Shown here piece by piece: positions 12,520 to 25,345 of a DNA stretch of 64,000 nt. Source of the DNA: Octopus vulgaris (lineage: Eukaryota); assembly GCA_951406725.2 (NCBI GenBank), contig OX597823.1, forward strand, positions 54,312,001 to 54,376,000, read 5' to 3'. A model generated the notes under the pieces. That model was not told the DNA's origin. It made no database searches and saw nothing but the letters and a program-made list of their open reading frames with translations. The first letter of the stretch is position 1. Every line of letters starts with the position of its first letter. A program made the translations under genes and the position numbers.

Positions 12520-13000
12520 GGCTGGGCAGTAAGAGTTTACTTAAAGTAGCCACCCTCAGCTTCCACCACAGCCTCAAAATGGTTCCTGGTCCTGGCACAT
12601 GCATTCCTCTTTTTCTCCTTGGGAAGATCTTCAAATACCTTTTTGGTCTTGATTTCTGCAGCTGTGCTTTCTTGTTGTTGCAGGCAGAGCAGTTGGTGTC
12701 TTTCTCAACTGTACTTCACACATAGTAATCAGGAAATTAAAAGGTCAGAAATTAGAGCGGGTGAAGTTGTAGAAATTCTCCAACAACACTTCTCACTCTT
12801 TCTGGAGGTGTGGCAAAGAGCCAAATCCTACTGCTATACATATGGCCTTCCAATAGCAACCCTCTCCAGCCAGGATTTAACCACAGTCTCCAGGAGCTTC
12901 ACATAGCCATCTTAATTGAGCCTAAGGCCCCGTTCAAAAATGTGGGTATGAGGTCTGGTGCATGAACACAGTTAGAACGCCTGCTGTATCCCTTCCTGCT
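12520..13000 (-). mobile_element. Decayed Tc1/mariner (maT/DD37D-like) transposase fragment
   Basis: Minus strand reads, with stops and frameshifts, PHIFERGLRLN..GYVKLLETVVKSWLERVAIGRPYV*Q*D..CHTSRKS...FEAVVEAEGGYFK*. Confidence 0.7.
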
Positions 13001-13543
13001 GGTGAGTGACTTTGTAATCTGCTCAGAGCACTGAGCAGTAGTCATGATGTCAGCCTTTTGATACCTGGTGTGAATCATTATACTTCAAGTAACTCTTTTC
13101 CAGTATTCAGATGGCTTCTAGTCCCCCATGTTAGCTAACTTTTTCTCAACTACAAATTTAATCTTTATGCTCTCCAATGACATTGATTGTTCACCAATAT
13201 ATGAAGCTGTTTCTAAAAAAGAGACATAAAAGGGAAAATCATCAAATTCAGCCTGAACATCCTGTGTGTGTGTATGTGTATGTGTGTGTGTATGTGTATG
13301 TGTGTGTGTGTGTGTGATCAAGCAGAAAGCAGGCATTGTATTCAATGCTTCATGTTCTATAAAGCATTAAATATCATATCTGTTTTCTGCTTAATTATTG
13401 TTATTTGTATTACTAAGCTCATATTCCACACACTAGCCTATTCTGAGGGTGATACCCCACATTGTACTACACTGGAATCTGGAATACATGTGCAACCCTC
13501 TACTGAGCCCAATCTTTGGTTAGGTGACAAGCTTCACAATGGC

Positions 13544-13577
<34 letters not shown>

Positions 13578-13583
<6 letters not shown>

Positions 13584-13768
13584 TATATAGAAGGAGCTTC
13601 TACAGGACTAGAACTGTTTCATTCAAGAGAAATCTTCCTGAAGATTTCTCTTGAATGAAACAGTTCTAGTCCTGTAGAAGCTCCTTCTATATAATAAATT
13701 AATTTTACTCTGCTATGTATTGAGTACCTTATTTACTGTGGTTAACCCCGAATCAACCCGGGACCTAC
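13578..13768 (+). mobile_element. Perfect 60-bp-arm palindrome with one-sided tail; Penelope-like hairpin element
   Basis: 13578-13637 and 13640-13699 are exact reverse complements with a 2-nt loop. Right arm reads CTGAAGA..GAAAC. Tail of about 70 nt; (TA)n on both sides. Confidence 0.75.
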
Positions 13769-14312
13769 ATATATATATATATATATGAATATCTCCAATG
13801 TTTAATGAATGCATTGACCTACAGATCCATGCTTAATATGAATAGTATATTTCATTATTTAATTGTGTATAGCATGCGCCAGACAAAATGGTTAGCGGCA
13901 TTTCATCAATCTCTATGTTCTGAGTTCAAATTCCACCAAGGTTGATTTTGCCTTTTGGGGTCAAGCACTGGAGTCGATATAATCGACTGTCTTCCTCCCA
14001 CAATTTCAGGCCTTGTGCCAATAGTAGAAAGGACTGTTTCATTGTGTAAATAACATATTAAGTAAACATTCAGGATTCAGTGAAAGTTAAAATAGTTTTA
14101 TTTTATTTGAAATTATTATATTGTAATGCATCATTGGCGCTATGTGTCCCACATAAGGTCTTGATAGTGCTGTTTAAGTACTTCAGATGACAGCATGATG
14201 AGAACAAGCTCATTGTATTCAGGTGCACTGAAATGACATGCTTACTCTTCAGATAGTCTCTTGTGTTCGTCAATGACAACTTGAAACTCCAAAGTGGATG
14301 CAGATTCTAAGG

Positions 14313-15200
14313 CAGTATTACCCAAACTTTTTATGCCAAATTGCAATATTACCCAACTATTGGCCAAAGAATGCTCCATCGATCACCCACCTGTGTAAAA
14401 AAATCCTGACGTAATCGACTGCATCGACCTCAAACAGATTGCTATACTAGTTTGGAATATTCAGCATAATAACATCTTGAAATCACTCCAACATGTCATT
14501 GTGCAATGATTGTGAATAGTTGTGATAGGTAGTTAAATCCTCATCAACCAATTAATCTTTCAAAGAATCAAGTTGTGGAAATTGATGGAGTTGACATTTT
14601 GAAATGTTAGTTTTATACAGCATCTATTTTGAAATGAAGGTAGTGATAAATGATTTACAATCAACGAGAGTTTTTCTGTTTCTTTGCAATAACTTATTCA
14701 AATCATTTAATTTTGTGAATATATTACAAAGAAAAAGATGTCGCAGCTTGCAGCCATCAATGAAGCGGTATGATTATATGAAACAGTTCAACAAAGTGTA
14801 AAACAACAGTTTCCTTTTGACTGCCACCACACTTCTACATGCGGGACATCATATGATTATGCTAAAAAAAAAAAAATTGTGGTGGAGTGTGATTTAAGGC
14901 TACTATTTTTAGCACATATGACAACCATCTCAATGACTGTGTAAGAAAACTATTCAAACGATAAACAAGTTCGCTTATTTAATACAAAGGGACATCTTAT
15001 GCGAGCAGTCAAATCGATAAAAGTGCATCTTTATTCTAGGCATGGCTAGATATAAGTAAATGTAGATTTAATTTCTAAAAATTCCTCGTCACCCACAAAA
15101 TGTTCACATCACCCACCATTTTCTAGAAATTCACCGATTGTCCACCTGTAAGTTGAAATCACCCAGCGCTAGGCAGTATCACCCACTTTGGGAAGCTATG
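14313..15200. mobile_element. hAT (Charlie-like) non-autonomous DNA transposon
   Basis: Degenerate TIRs CAGTATTACCCAAA / TTTGGGAAGCTATG, imperfect 8-bp TSD TTCTAAGG / CTCTAAAG, and subterminal TCACCCA repeats. Confidence 0.55.
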
Positions 15201-15423
15201 CTCTAAAGCATACTTAAGACTCCTAACTTAAGTGTTCTTTGCATGGACCATATTTTGAAGTTTAAGAATCAAGTCAAACCTTGTATCCGAGGAGATGGAG
15301 TTTCTATTGTGAGCCCCTCACCTCAAGTCATCAAGAAAGTACAGCTGCAGAAACCAAAGCTGTTCTTTGGGAAGGGGCAGAAGTGAACCAATCTCTTGGT
15401 AAATTTGTTCTTATACTCTAATA

Positions 15424-15889
15424 CAGTGGTTCTCAATCGGGAACCATATGGTCCCTGAGGTCCATATACGATTTTTGGAGGTACATGCAATAGAATAGTA
15501 AATTGGGGATCCACAATAGTATTTTAAGGGCCCCTGAGAATAATTTGCTTTAGATGTATGTATTGGTATGTATTGCAAGAAGCAGTTAGGTTTCTTTCTC
15601 TAACATTTTACATAGTTCAACCTACACAAGTTAATTGTGTGAGAAACAAAATAGGAATTGTGAAAGAAGTTTCTATAAAACTAGTTTTTAAACATTGGAT
15701 GGCTATGGCGGTCTACCAGAATAAAATAATAATCAAAGGGGTCCATCATCATCATCATCGTTTAATGTCCGTTTTCCATGCTAGCATGGGTTGGATGGTT
15801 CGACCGGGGTCTGGAAAGCCAGGTGTCTGCACCAGGCTCTAGTCTGATCTGGCAGTGTTTCTACAGCTGGATGCCCTTGAGAACTCCTG
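15424..15889. mobile_element. hAT (Charlie-like) MITE interrupted by an RTE-tail fragment
   Basis: TIRs CAGTGGTTCTCAA / TTGAGAACTCCTG; TSD CTCTAATA / CTCTGATA. A family D fragment is inserted at 15744-15877. Confidence 0.7.
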
Positions 15890-16179
15890 CTCTGATATTT
15901 GGTAATTCTCTTCTTTTGATGATGTTGGCTGCAAAGAAAGTCATTTGGAAAGTTGATTTATATATTTTGATGTTCTTCAAAATGTGCATGATTTCCCAGT
16001 ATCAGCTTTATGAAGCTATTGCCATGGCTCTAGTGGATCAGCAAGGATCTTTAGTTGAATCTTTTCATTATAATGACATATTTCATTTGTCTTGTTTCTA
16101 TTTCTTGGTAAAGCACATGTCACAAATTTTGAACATGATAACAATTGAAACTATTGTTTTAGATGTATAGTCATGCCCA

Positions 16180-18125
16180 GGATCTAGCCTCTATTTTATC
16201 TTACACATTGTTTTCTGCTTTGCCTAGCACTGTTCAAGAGTTTCTTGGGGTCTATGTAGAGCCTGTCTGGCAGCATTCTGTTGAAGGCAAATCTGTTGTT
16301 TATTAGTTGTTTAACACATTAACACACAGCATGTGTCAGTTTCCACTGTTAGTCTCAAGTTTTCTGTGAGCTTCATTCCTAGCAGCTTTAGCTTGCAGAT
16401 TTTGTTGATGCTATTAATTTGCTGTTGCTGCCCTGAGCAATCTTGTGTTTGGCAGCATAAAATGTAAGTGGAGCACATGATCATTGATGTTGTAAATGTA
16501 GAGGTAATGGCTCCTTGAACTTTTTCCAGCCTGTTTGAATTCTGGCTACTATGCTTTTGAAACACATACCTCACTGCTGTCAATTACTTCGAGATAGTTA
16601 TCTGGGTATCTGAAAGAATTTATCTCTTGAGCACTCTTAGTACTTATTTCCTCAATGTACCTGTTGCTTATGTAACCTACAATCTCTGTTAGCCTTTCTA
16701 TGACCCCACTACATCTTTTCTGTCCGTTGTTTTCTGGGTCCATCTTATGGAATGTCTACTGACTCCTTTTCTACAAATGGAACACAGCCATTTCCTTGAT
16801 GCTATAAGGGTCCTTCCTAAAACTTTAGTCTACATTAAGTTTATTTTTAGACCTTCCAATTCCAGGCTTTACTTCCAAGCCTGGAATTTTTGTTTCAAGT
16901 TTTCTTCAGATTCTGTAATAAAGTCATCAGTATACAGAAATCCCCAATGGCAACCACTCTCAAATTCCTATCACTTGTAAACTATGATAAACAAAAGCAG
17001 ACTGAAATCTGAGCATTGATGAATCCCTACCTGCACACTGAATTCATCACTCAAGATACCTCTGCCCCTCACCTTGCTGACTGAACCTCTGTACATGGTT
17101 GGTACAGCCCTTACAGGCCATTTCTTTACTCCTAACTTCCTTAGTGACAACTAGATCACAGAGCTAGGGACTCAATCAAAGTCTTTTCCAGATTGATGGA
17201 TGCTAGATGTAGGGGTTTACTCCTAGTTATGTATTTCTCTTGTGATTATTTCATTAGGAATATGGCATCAGTGGTACCTTTTCTTGAGACATAGTTGAAC
17301 TGCATCTCATCCAGGCTGTGATGGTTGCATAAAGTGTCATTTTGCAACAGCACTTTGCGTAACCTTCATAACCTGGTCTAGCAGTTTAACACTTCTGTAA
17401 TTACCTCCCTCTAGTGCATTTCCTTTCCCCTTGTAGCTGTTTGCAGTGGTACCACAGTGCCAGTATAGACTAAGGTACCTTCCTATATTAAAAGGGTAAA
17501 GACCCCATTTAGTCATGAATGACCATGGAATTGCACCTAGAAAGTTCCCCTCCAAGGTACAAATATGGGCAAGGTTGTTTATGGAAGACCAGCAGTCACC
17601 CATGCATACCGACCTCCCTTCCCCACACCACCAATGTTATCCAGGGGAAAGGAAAAGGCCAATACAGCTTGGCACCAGTGATGTCACAATTCATTTCTAC
17701 AGCTGAGTGAACTGGAGTAGCATGAAATAAAGTGTCTTGCTCAAGAACACAACACACAGCCCGGTCCGGGATTCGAGCTCACTACTTCATGATTGTGAGC
17801 CTGATGTTCTAACCACCAACCCATACACCTTCCTGTATTACCTGATTCATTATTCAAGTGACTCTCTTGTACCATACTTTGCTAGTACTTTCTAAGTATC
17901 TTAGTGACTCTCCTAGTTGTTCAGATACTCTCCTTGCTTCTGTTTCCCCTCATTGTGCCACCTACCATACTGTTATCAGTTTGGATGGCTGGTCTCCCTC
18001 TTCCCATGCATTCTCCACATTTGGCAGCTTACTATAGTAAAATTTTCTTATCAACATCAGTAAGTGCACGTGTGTCACTATCATCTTGTACACATTTCTC
18101 CCTAACAACCTCTAAATTTTCTCTA
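16180..18125 (-). mobile_element. Heavily decayed RTE LINE interrupted by a family E SINE (17491-17832)
   Basis: YKGKGNALEGGNYRSVKLLDQVMKV (the pre-RT KKG...NYR motif), plus remnants of the FDRVP, VGIHQGS and downstream regions. Confidence 0.65.
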
Positions 18126-18132
18126 GTATGCA

Positions 18133-18298
18133 GAGACATGGCTGTGTGCTAAGAAGTTTGCTTCCCAACCACATGGTTCAGAGTTCAATCCCACTGCATG
18201 GCACCTTGGGCAAGTATCTTCTACTGTAGTCTCAGGCTGTTCAAATGTGTTCAGCCTTGTGAGTGGATTTAGTAGACAGAAACTGAAAGTAGCCTGTC

Positions 18299-18332
<34 letters not shown>

Positions 18333-18425
18333 GTATGTATGTATGTATATGTATATGTATGTATGTATGTATATATATATATGTATGTATGTATGTATAT
18401 ATATATATGTATGTATGTATGTATA

Positions 18426-18461
<36 letters not shown>

Positions 18462-18615
18462 TGTATGTATGTATGTATGTATGTATGTATGTATATATAT
18501 ATATGTATATATATATATGTATGTATGTATGTATATATATGTATGTATGTATATATATATATGTATGTATGTATGTATATGTATGTATGTATATATATAT
18601 ATGTATGTATGTATG

Positions 18616-18646
<31 letters not shown>

Positions 18647-18803
18647 GTATGTATGTATATATATATGTATGTATGTATATATATATGTATGTATGTATAT
18701 ATATATATGTATGTATGTATATATATATATGTATGTATGTATATATATATATGTATGTATGTATATATATATGTATGTATATATATATATGTATGTATGT
18801 ATG

Positions 18804-18834
<31 letters not shown>

Positions 18835-18953
18835 ATGTATGTATGTATATATATGTATGTATGTATGTATATATATGTATGTATGTATATATATGTATGT
18901 ATGTATATATATGTATGTATGTATGTATATGTATGTATGTATATATATATATG

Positions 18954-18996
<43 letters not shown>

Positions 18997-19233
18997 GTAT
19001 ATATATATATGTATGTATGTATATATATATATGTATGTATGTATATATATATATGTATGTATGTATGTATATATATATATGTATGTATGTGTATATATAT
19101 ATGTATGTATGTATATATATATATGTATATGTATGTATATATATATATGTATATGTATGTATAAATATATATGTATATATATATATATGTATGTATGTAT
19201 ATATATATATATGTATGTATATATATATATATG

Positions 19234-19265
<32 letters not shown>

Positions 19266-19277
19266 TATATATGTATG

Positions 19278-19310
<33 letters not shown>

Positions 19311-19416
19311 GTATGTGTATATATATATATGTATGTGTATATATATATATGTATGTATGTATATATATATATATGTATATATATATATGTATGTGTATAT
19401 ATATATATGTATGTGT

Positions 19417-19485
<69 letters not shown>

Positions 19486-19493
19486 TATATATG

Positions 19494-19540
<47 letters not shown>

Positions 19541-19555
19541 ATATATATATGTATG

Positions 19556-19604
<49 letters not shown>

Positions 19605-19870
19605 ATATGTGTGTGTGTATATATATATATATATAATATATATATATATATATACATGTGTGTGTTTATCTTTGTGTCTGTGTTTGTCCCCCACCAGTAT
19701 TGGTGTGTTTACATCCTCGTGGTTTGGGAGTTTGGGAAAAGAGATCGATAGAATAAGTACCAAGCTTAAAAAGAATAAGTGTGTGGGTTGATTAATTCAC
19801 TTAAAACTCAAGCTGATGCCCCAGCATGGCCACACTCTAATGGCTGAAACAAATTAATGATAAAAGATGA
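18133..19870 (+). mobile_element. Composite SINE with internal microsatellite expanded to about 1.35 kb
   Basis: A head 18133-18299, (TA)n/(TATG)n 18300-19655, C tail about 19665-19870. Confidence 0.8.
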
Positions 19871-19969
19871 AAAGTATAGTTCACTATCTAGCAATGTGGA
19901 CGCACATCATGCTTCTAATTTTCATGTTGCAAACTCCTTTTCTGCTTCCCCATCTTGCTATATATATAT

Positions 19970-20136
19970 ATACTTTATTTAAAGCAGCAGAAAATTCAAC
20001 AACAAACGGGAACGTGAAACTCAGAGTAACAGGTTTTGTTGAATTTTCTGCTGCTTTAAATAAAGCATATTACTCTACCACTGGTATTTGAGTACTCTAT
20101 TTTCCACCTTGTTTCACATTTATGTGTTTACTACGG
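19970..20136 (+). mobile_element. Penelope-like hairpin element (same family as 51394-51610)
   Basis: Short inverted arm CTTTATTTAAAGCAGCAGAAAATTCAACAA, 3' half of a hammerhead ACG-GGAA-CGT-GAAAC-TCAGA-GTA, one-sided tail, TA flanks. Confidence 0.7.
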
Positions 20137-20657
20137 TATATATATATATGTAGATATATATATACCTAGTGGAGGTGTGTGGCTTAGTGGTTAGCGTGTA
20201 GGTCTCATGGTTGTAAGATTGTGGTTTCATTTCCTGGACCAGGCAATGCGTTGTGTTCTTGAGCAAGACACTTCATTTCATGTTTCTCCAGTCCACTCAG
20301 CTGGTAAGAATGTGTAATCCTGAGATGGACCGATGTCCTGCCCAGGTGGGAAATATATATGCCCTGAAACCAGGAAACCAGCTCTTATGAATCAACATAA
20401 CTCAAGAAGGAATCTTTACCCAAAACTTTATTATATATATACCTGATGTTTAGTTTCTCTTTTTCAGTTACTTGATATTTTTGTCTGCTGCTCCTCTTCA
20501 ATTATTTCCAAGCCTAACACTGTCTACAGTATTGTTCCACCACCACATCACGTTGCATTTGGGTGTGATCTTGTATCAGCAACAGGTTTTGTCTGTAGCC
20601 TTCAGCAAATCATCTTATGAAATTTTCCAATTTTGCTCTATGGTGTGCATACATATA

Positions 20658-20704
<47 letters not shown>

Positions 20705-21084
20705 CCACATATGTTTTTACAAACATGTGCATATTAAAACACATACATTCTCTCACTTTGTTAATCTCTCTCTCTCTCTCTCTCTTTCACACATATGTAG
20801 TTGTATAAGTCTAGATTTGTTTGCATTTATTATAATAATACTCACATATTTATATACACACACAGTATAAACCATTCACTTATGCACAGATATAATATAT
20901 ACATATGTGTGTGTATGTGTGCATGTATGTGTGTATATCATCATCATCATTTAAGACTGGAAATGTTGGATGCCATGTGTATGATAGTGACTCATTTATT
21001 TATAACCATTATGTGATGTCAAGATAAGGAGAGACTAACATACTCTCTCTCTCACATGCACACACATATATCACAGTATTGACA

Positions 21085-21690
21085 AAGCCATCAGATGCTA
21101 TTGTACACTGCTGGTCACAATGCGGTTCCAATTCTGTCTTGATTGCATCATTCTTTTCCATCTCGACCCAAAACACTCAGCTAAATTGTTTTCTCATTGT
21201 CAGGGAAGCTTTCCAAGTGGCCTTTTCCAATCTCTCGGATACCACTTGGCAAATGTGTGGTTCCACCTGTTATCTGTGAGCCTTGCAACATGTCCAGCCC
21301 TGTGGAACTTGTACTTTTGGTATTCTGTCATCACATCATTCACTCTGCTGTGTTCTCAAATTATCTCATTTTGAATGTTGTGTAGTAATAAACCTAGCAT
21401 GGATCTTTCCATAGCTCTTTGTATTGTAGCCAGTTGATGTTCCACCCTCTTTGTAGTAGCTCATGTCACTTGCATACCAAAGCACAAGTAGGATGACGGC
21501 ATTGAAGAGTCTGGTAATGTTTGTCTTTGTTTTGAGTACATCCTTTATTGAGGTAAACACTTTCCACCCTGCCCTTATTCTCTTTGAGATTTCAGCATCC
21601 ATATCGCAGTGCATATTCACTGTGTGCCCTAAGTAAACATACTCCTTTACCTCCTCAAGTTCATTGCTTTCCCCTCGATTTGGCCTTTAT
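21085..21690 (-). mobile_element. RTE LINE C-terminal fragment
   Basis: EISKRIRAGWKVFTSIKDVL...RLFNAVIL, then AGHVARLTDNRW...WYPRDWKRPLGK. Confidence 0.8.
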
Positions 21691-21777
21691 ATATACATAC
21701 ATATTTATATGTATATGTATAGATATATATGCATATAGATATATTAATTGAAGTGTACAATATTATATATCCATTAT

Positions 21778-21869
21778 GGCCAGTCTTACCAATTTGTTTC
21801 GCACTAGGGATTCAACAGAGTATTAGGTAATAGTCTGATTATGTAATCCTGTGCTCCTCAGAGGTAGCC
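21778..21869 (-). ncRNA. Type I hammerhead with extended stem II in a solo pLTR-like fragment (21742-21885)
   Basis: The - strand reads CT-CTGAGGA-GCAC...GTGC-GAAAC-AAATTG-GTA-AG. Same family as 6981-7510. Confidence 0.6.
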
Positions 21870-22861
21870 GTTATGGAATGAAATACACACATACATGTAC
21901 ACACAATCAGCTTCTTTCAGTTTCCATGCCTCAAACCCACTTGTAGCATGAGGTTACTGTAAGAGGATTGCCCAAGCCACAATGTAGCATTGAACCCGAA
22001 ACCATATAGTTGGGAAACAAATTTCTTAACCGAACAGCCATGCCTGTATCTATAACATAATTTTATTATTTTTTCTGCTATTTGAACTATATATTACTTT
22101 TTACCAAATTAGAAGTCCTTATTTATTTAACACTCCTCTACTTTTAATCATACTAAAATCCTTTATATTTAAAGAAAGGTATATCCTCATTTTCTCTCTG
22201 ATCATATACTGTCAATCTCAATGAGATTTGAAACCAGAACTAGACATAGTAACACATTCTGTGCAGATGTTTCAGTCATTTCCATAATTTTATTCGCTCC
22301 AGATAAATATTATCCTGAACTACTAATTTTCCATTTAAAACCAAACCCTACTAAACAACAAATGTCTCCCTAAAAAAAAATTATTAATAATAAGATTAAG
22401 AATTATATATTATAATCTCTTTATGACAGATTGTATCGTATAATTATAAGGTGAATATATTAGCATTTGACAGCTAAATAAGCAGCTGTTTAGATAGCCT
22501 ACGTATATTTAACAAAAGTAGTAAAAAAAAAGCCTTGTGCTTGCTATAGTTTCAGGGGAAACAAAAATAAACTGAAACAATAGTCAGTTGACAGTCACAT
22601 GGTAAACTGTATCATTCTTTTCTGCTTTCATATTTGCTTGAGTTTCACACTAAAATTTAATCATGAGTAATCTGTTGATTATATATATGTGCATGTGTGC
22701 ATGCATACGTGCGTGCGTGTGTATGTGTGTGTTTGTGTGTGTGTGAATGAACAAGAGAGAATGTTTGAATTCCTCAAATAATTTTTCATTTTCTTTTTAC
22801 AGTGTAAAAACTGGTTTATGTAATCTGTATATTTTATTATTTTCATGGCTTATTATTAGCA

Positions 22862-23270
22862 GGCGTAGGTGTGGATGTGTGGTAAGAAGTTTGCTTCCCA
22901 ACCACATAGTTCTGGGTTCAGTCTCACTGTATGGCACCTTGGACAAGTACCTTCTGCTATAACTTCGAAGACTGAAGTCTTATGAATGGATTTGGCAGAC
23001 AGAAACTGAAAGAAGCCTGTCATGTGTGTGTGTGTGTGTGCCTCCTTGTCCTCACATTGCATCAAAGTTGTAAAATGATTGTCACTGTCATATAAGCAGT
23101 GTCATTTGTTTCCAATATTCTGTGAAAACATGTTTGGCCATGGTGAAATATTACTTTTTAAATAATGGAAGGTTGGCAACAGCAAGGGCATCCAGCCATA
23201 GAAAATCTACCTCAGCAAATTCTCCCTGTCTCAGGCAAACATAGAAAAGTGGACATTAAAATGATAATAA
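22862..23270 (+). mobile_element. SINE with family A head and RTE-like 3' tail
   Basis: A head to about 23020, (TG)n, then a different body ending GGTTGGCAAC..AAGGGCATCCAGCC.TAGAAA...GGACATTAAAATGATAATAAT. Confidence 0.65.
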
Positions 23271-23574
23271 TACTAAATACTAAGTTTGGAAGTGTATACT
23301 GGATTTATTTCAATCTAGGTTAACTGAAGGATCTAATTATGTCACGTCTTTTACCTCAATCTGAGATGTTCTGAACTCTTGTATTTTGAGCCACCAATTC
23401 AATGACCTATCACTTCCTGGAACTTATTTTTGACATATTAATAGCATAAGGAACATATATTGTTAACATTTTTTTATACTAATATGCACCTCATCTCCTC
23501 TTACTGATCTGCCAAACCCATTTCTAGCCTCAAACTACCCCTGATCCCATTACATATTTATGTTAAAGTGTTCA

Positions 23575-24060
23575 TAAGGCAGTAAGCTGGCAGAATTGTT
23601 AGTGTGCTGGCCAAAATGCTTAAGGCCATTTTGTCCATGTTTACTTTCTGAGTTCAGATTTTACTGAGTTTGACTTTGCTTTTCATCCTTTTGGGGGTCA
23701 ATAAATTAAGTACCAGTAAAACGCTGAGGTTGATATAATCAACTACTCCCCTCCTATCAAATTTCAGGCTTTATACATTTAGTAGGAAGGATTATTATTA
23801 TTAAAGACAGCGAGCTGGCAGAATTGCTAGCATGCAAGCATCTTGTCCATCTTTATGTTCTAAGTTCAAATTCTGCTGGACAACTTTACCTTTCATCCTT
23901 TCAGGGTTGATAGATTAAGTACCAGTTGAGCATTGGGGTCAGTGTAATTGACTTACCTCTTCCCCAGGGTCGACTTTGCCTTTCATCCTTTCAGGGTTGA
24001 TAAATTAAGTACCAGTAAAATACTGGGATCAATGTAATCAACTTACTCCCTCCCCTAAAA
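23575..24060 (+). mobile_element. Tandem cluster of family B SINEs
   Basis: Three successive (G/A)C(C/T)TTTCATCCTTT..GGG(T/G)T..ATA(A/G)ATTAAGTACCAG cores. Confidence 0.75.
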
Positions 24061-25261
24061 ATGCTTGGGGAAGGGCAAGAAACTAGGTGCCCAGTGCCAA
24101 TTTGTGTTTGCTGTGTCTTGATGCCAACTAGATATATCATTTAGTTATTGACATCAAGTTATAGCAATATACAGGCCCCAGTGCACTGCCTTGTCCAGGG
24201 ACCTTTAATACTGTTATGATGGCACTATAGATGTGTTTATATTTCCGAGAAAACATTAATTTCAATGATAAATTCAATTACTGCTCCTTCAAATTTTTAT
24301 CTCTAACTCCAAGTTGTTTAGAAACTGATTCAACTGTTTTGTTTTAAAGTTAAGAACAGAGTTATTAAGCAACCATTCTGTTTTAATGTCAAATTTTACA
24401 CCAAGGTGATATCCTGACATATTCATTTAAATCAATATTAAAAGACAAAAAGGCGGTGAGCTGGCAGAATTGTTAGCATGCTGAGCAAAATGCTTATTGG
24501 CATTTCATCCAGATTTATGTTCTGAGTTCAAATTGCACTGTGGTTTACCCCACCTTTTGTTCTTTCAGGGTCAATGTAACTGACTTCTCCCCTTCCTCAA
24601 ACTTGTTGGTCTTGTGCCAAAATTTTAAGCTAATGTTAACAGACACAAAATATTAGCAAAATGGATTTCTTCAGAAGTGAATAAAGACAAGACCCACATT
24701 CAGAATCATACACAACCAATGAAGTCATCAATTTTTACATTGAAGGTGTGTACTTTCACCAAGTTATCATCTTGCTGAGCCATTCCTCTCTTATGATATG
24801 ATTTTTAACTATGGCATTTTAAACCACTAAACTACACATTAAGCTTAATCTGTTAACTTAAAATGTAATGACTTCTGTATCTTTGCTTGTCTATTTAGCA
24901 GTCAATATTTATGAGTCTTAAGTTGGTAAGCTGGCAGATTTGTTGCCACACTTAGTGGCATTTCATCTGTCTTTATGATCTTGGTCCAAATTCAGCCGAG
25001 GTTGACGTTGCCTTTCATCTTTTTTGGGGTAAATAAGTACCAGTTGAACACTTGGGTCAAGGTAATTGACTTATGCTCTCCCCCAACTTGCTGGCCTTGT
25101 GCCAAAATTTGAAATCAATATCTACTAGTCTTTATTAGTCCATGTAGCAGTCTCCATATTGTGATATGTATTCACAGCTATTTACCCAAGCAGCCAACCA
25201 ACATCAAACACCAGGCTTACTTAATCAGTGCAGTTCTACTTTTAGGAAATCTTAAAATTAA

Positions 25262-25345
25262 CCCTTTGAGCTTGTAACACTGTTGCACTGCTCTACTGGT
25301 AGAGTGCATGGTCAAATAAGGTTCAGGAGGTCAGGGCTCAAAGGG
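25262..25345. mobile_element. 84-bp piggyBac-type mini-MITE
   Basis: TTAA|CCCTTTGAGC...GCTCAAAGGG|TTAA: perfect 10-bp TIR with TTAA TSD. Confidence 0.7.

Noticed and set aside
18247-19791. Overlapping 200-490 aa ORFs rich in Y/I/M/C/V/H/T (also at 5671-6173, 8536-8886, 10128-10594, 37376-37757, 46600-46988)
   Set aside because: Translations of (TA)n/(TATG)n/(CA)n microsatellites, which lack stop codons in several frames.
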